Shown: positions 56,850 to 58,063 of the stretch, in pieces | Layout of the letters: every line of letters starts with the position of its first letter | Numbering within the stretch: position 1 is the stretch's first letter | NCBI GenBank assembly: GCA_046861645.1 | Contig: JBHHUM010000004.1 | Location: 1-58,063, forward strand | Length of the DNA: 58,063 nt | From: Fidelibacterota bacterium | Lineage (GTDB): Bacteria; Fidelibacterota; Marinisomatia; Marinisomatales; UBA2128 | Reading direction: 5' to 3' | Translations under genes and position numbers: made by a program | Notes under the pieces: model-generated | What the model saw: only the letters and a program-made list of their open reading frames with translations | Told to the model about the DNA's origin: nothing | Database searches by the model: none

Positions 56850-58063
56850 AGATGAAAAAATTACTTCCTATATGTGTTGGGCTGTGCCTGCAATTAACAG
56901 CTGTGCAAGCTGGTGAATATCTGGTGATAGTGCACAATCAGTTATTGGATAATAGTTGGTATCAACCATTTTTTAATCTGAAGTCACAGATGGGCTTTAA
57001 CGTAAATGTATTAACTTTGAGTGATGGTCAAACTCTAAACGATATAAAAGTCATGATTGAGTCCCACTCACCCCCACCGGACTATGTACTTCTTATCGGG
57101 GATGCCAGTAAATACCCTGAGACAGATCGTGAAACTGTAAATACACAGAACGGAAACTATTTACCATTAGGATATGAATTAATGAGGAAGACATTTGCCT
57201 GGCATTATAAGGATGATTATGTGGCGAGTGATAAGATATTAATAACCAGTCTGCCGGATGCTGAATTTGGTCGTCTTCCTGCACAAAGCACTTCAGAAAT
57301 AACCAGTTGGGTCAACAAGATGAGGCAGTATCACAATTTTAGTAGTTACAGTCAAGACAAGAATAGAGCTTTAATGGTGACGGACAATGTTTATCATCCC
57401 ACGGATGGGGGATCGGGTGTAGTAACAACCCGTGATAGAGACTCGCTTATCAATAACTACCTTGTTGGTTCTGCTATTGATACTGTATTACTTAATTCCT
57501 CTGATTATTGCGATTTTTATGGTAGCGATTATTATCAGAACCAATACGTAAGAACACTAGCATTTGAACAGGAGGTGAATAATGGAGTTGCTCTGATATA
57601 CACGATGGGTATTGGTGCATCAGAGAGTTTTTTAAGTAATTTCTATTTCACACCACCATATATAGAATGCGATTGGAATTTCACTAACCAGAATAAATAT
57701 CCATTCCTTTTGGGGATATCATGTAGCATTGGTGAAATACAAGATACCACAAGCAACGCAGGTAACGTTACAGAAACTGAATCAGTAATAGAGAAGCTAC
57801 TTTTTCTACCTGATGTAGGTATCATAGGTGCTTTCGCACCAACAGATGCCACGTTTTCAACTTCTGTGATGGCAATGTCAGAAAGATTGTGGGAGAGAAT
57901 TGTATCTGAGAACTATGATACGTACGGTGAACTTGTTTACGATGCCAAGGCTGCTTTTTTAGAACAATTTGCAAACACTAGGCAAACGAGAGAATGGGAA
58001 CATAGGACATATATCCTCTACGGCGACCCCTCCATGCCGCTTGCTCTCTACCAATACAAAGAT
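56846..58063 (+). CDS. Peptidase C25 (gingipain-like) family protein, partial, runs off right edge
   Basis: Not in the ORF track. Manual translation shows a signal peptide, EYLVIVH, PDYVLLIGDA, FGRLPAQS, VNNGVALIYTMGIG, YPFLLGISCSIG, YILYGDPSMPL. ATG overlaps the M23 stop. Confidence 0.85.
   Translation, partial: MKMKKLLPICVGLCLQLTAVQAGEYLVIVHNQLLDNSWYQPFFNLKSQMGFNVNVLTLSDGQTLNDIKVMIESHSPPPDYVLLIGDASKYPETDRETVNTQNGNYLPLGYELMRKTFAWHYKDDYVASDKILITSLPDAEFGRLPAQSTSEITSWVNKMRQYHNFSSYSQDKNRALMVTDNVYHPTDGGSGVVTTRDRDSLINNYLVGSAIDTVLLNSSDYCDFYGSDYYQNQYVRTLAFEQEVNNGVALIYTMGIGASESFLSNFYFTPPYIECDWNFTNQNKYPFLLGISCSIGEIQDTTSNAGNVTETESVIEKLLFLPDVGIIGAFAPTDATFSTSVMAMSERLWERIVSENYDTYGELVYDAKAAFLEQFANTRQTREWEHRTYILYGDPSMPLALYQYKD

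Overview
A 58-kb bacterial chromosomal window. Gene content and secreted-protein style suggest an FCB-group organism, possibly Marinimicrobia (inference, not checked). Most of it is housekeeping or catabolic: glutamate-cysteine ligase, orphan nuoB, malic enzyme, a peptide ABC transporter, an aromatic amino-acid hydroxylase, tryptophanase, peptidases, PPDK, an acetoacetate/fatty-acid uptake and activation operon, and an 11-gene purine cluster. The stand-out is a tightly packed operon at 10.6-18.9 kb encoding the torque-generating core of a flagellar motor with no export, rod, hook, filament, FliM/FliN or chemotaxis genes in the window. It has a Na+-type PomA/PomB-like stator, a remodelled FliF that keeps only the RBM3 ring and the FliG-binding tail, and a shortened FliG lacking the FliM-binding EHPQ motif. 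These are flanked by three unfamiliar secreted coiled-coil/TPR/beta-rich proteins and a DUF481-like barrel. I propose it as a candidate flagellum-less rotary envelope machine. Other points: a REP-flanked RAYT with a 16-bp tandem repeat, a class II PurE with no purK, a PurQ-PurS-PurS fusion, a decayed hicBA between diverged direct repeats, several pseudogenes, and an AT-rich island ending in a gingipain-like (C25) protein whose catalytic His appears replaced by Ile. All family assignments come from motif recognition by eye; no searches were run.
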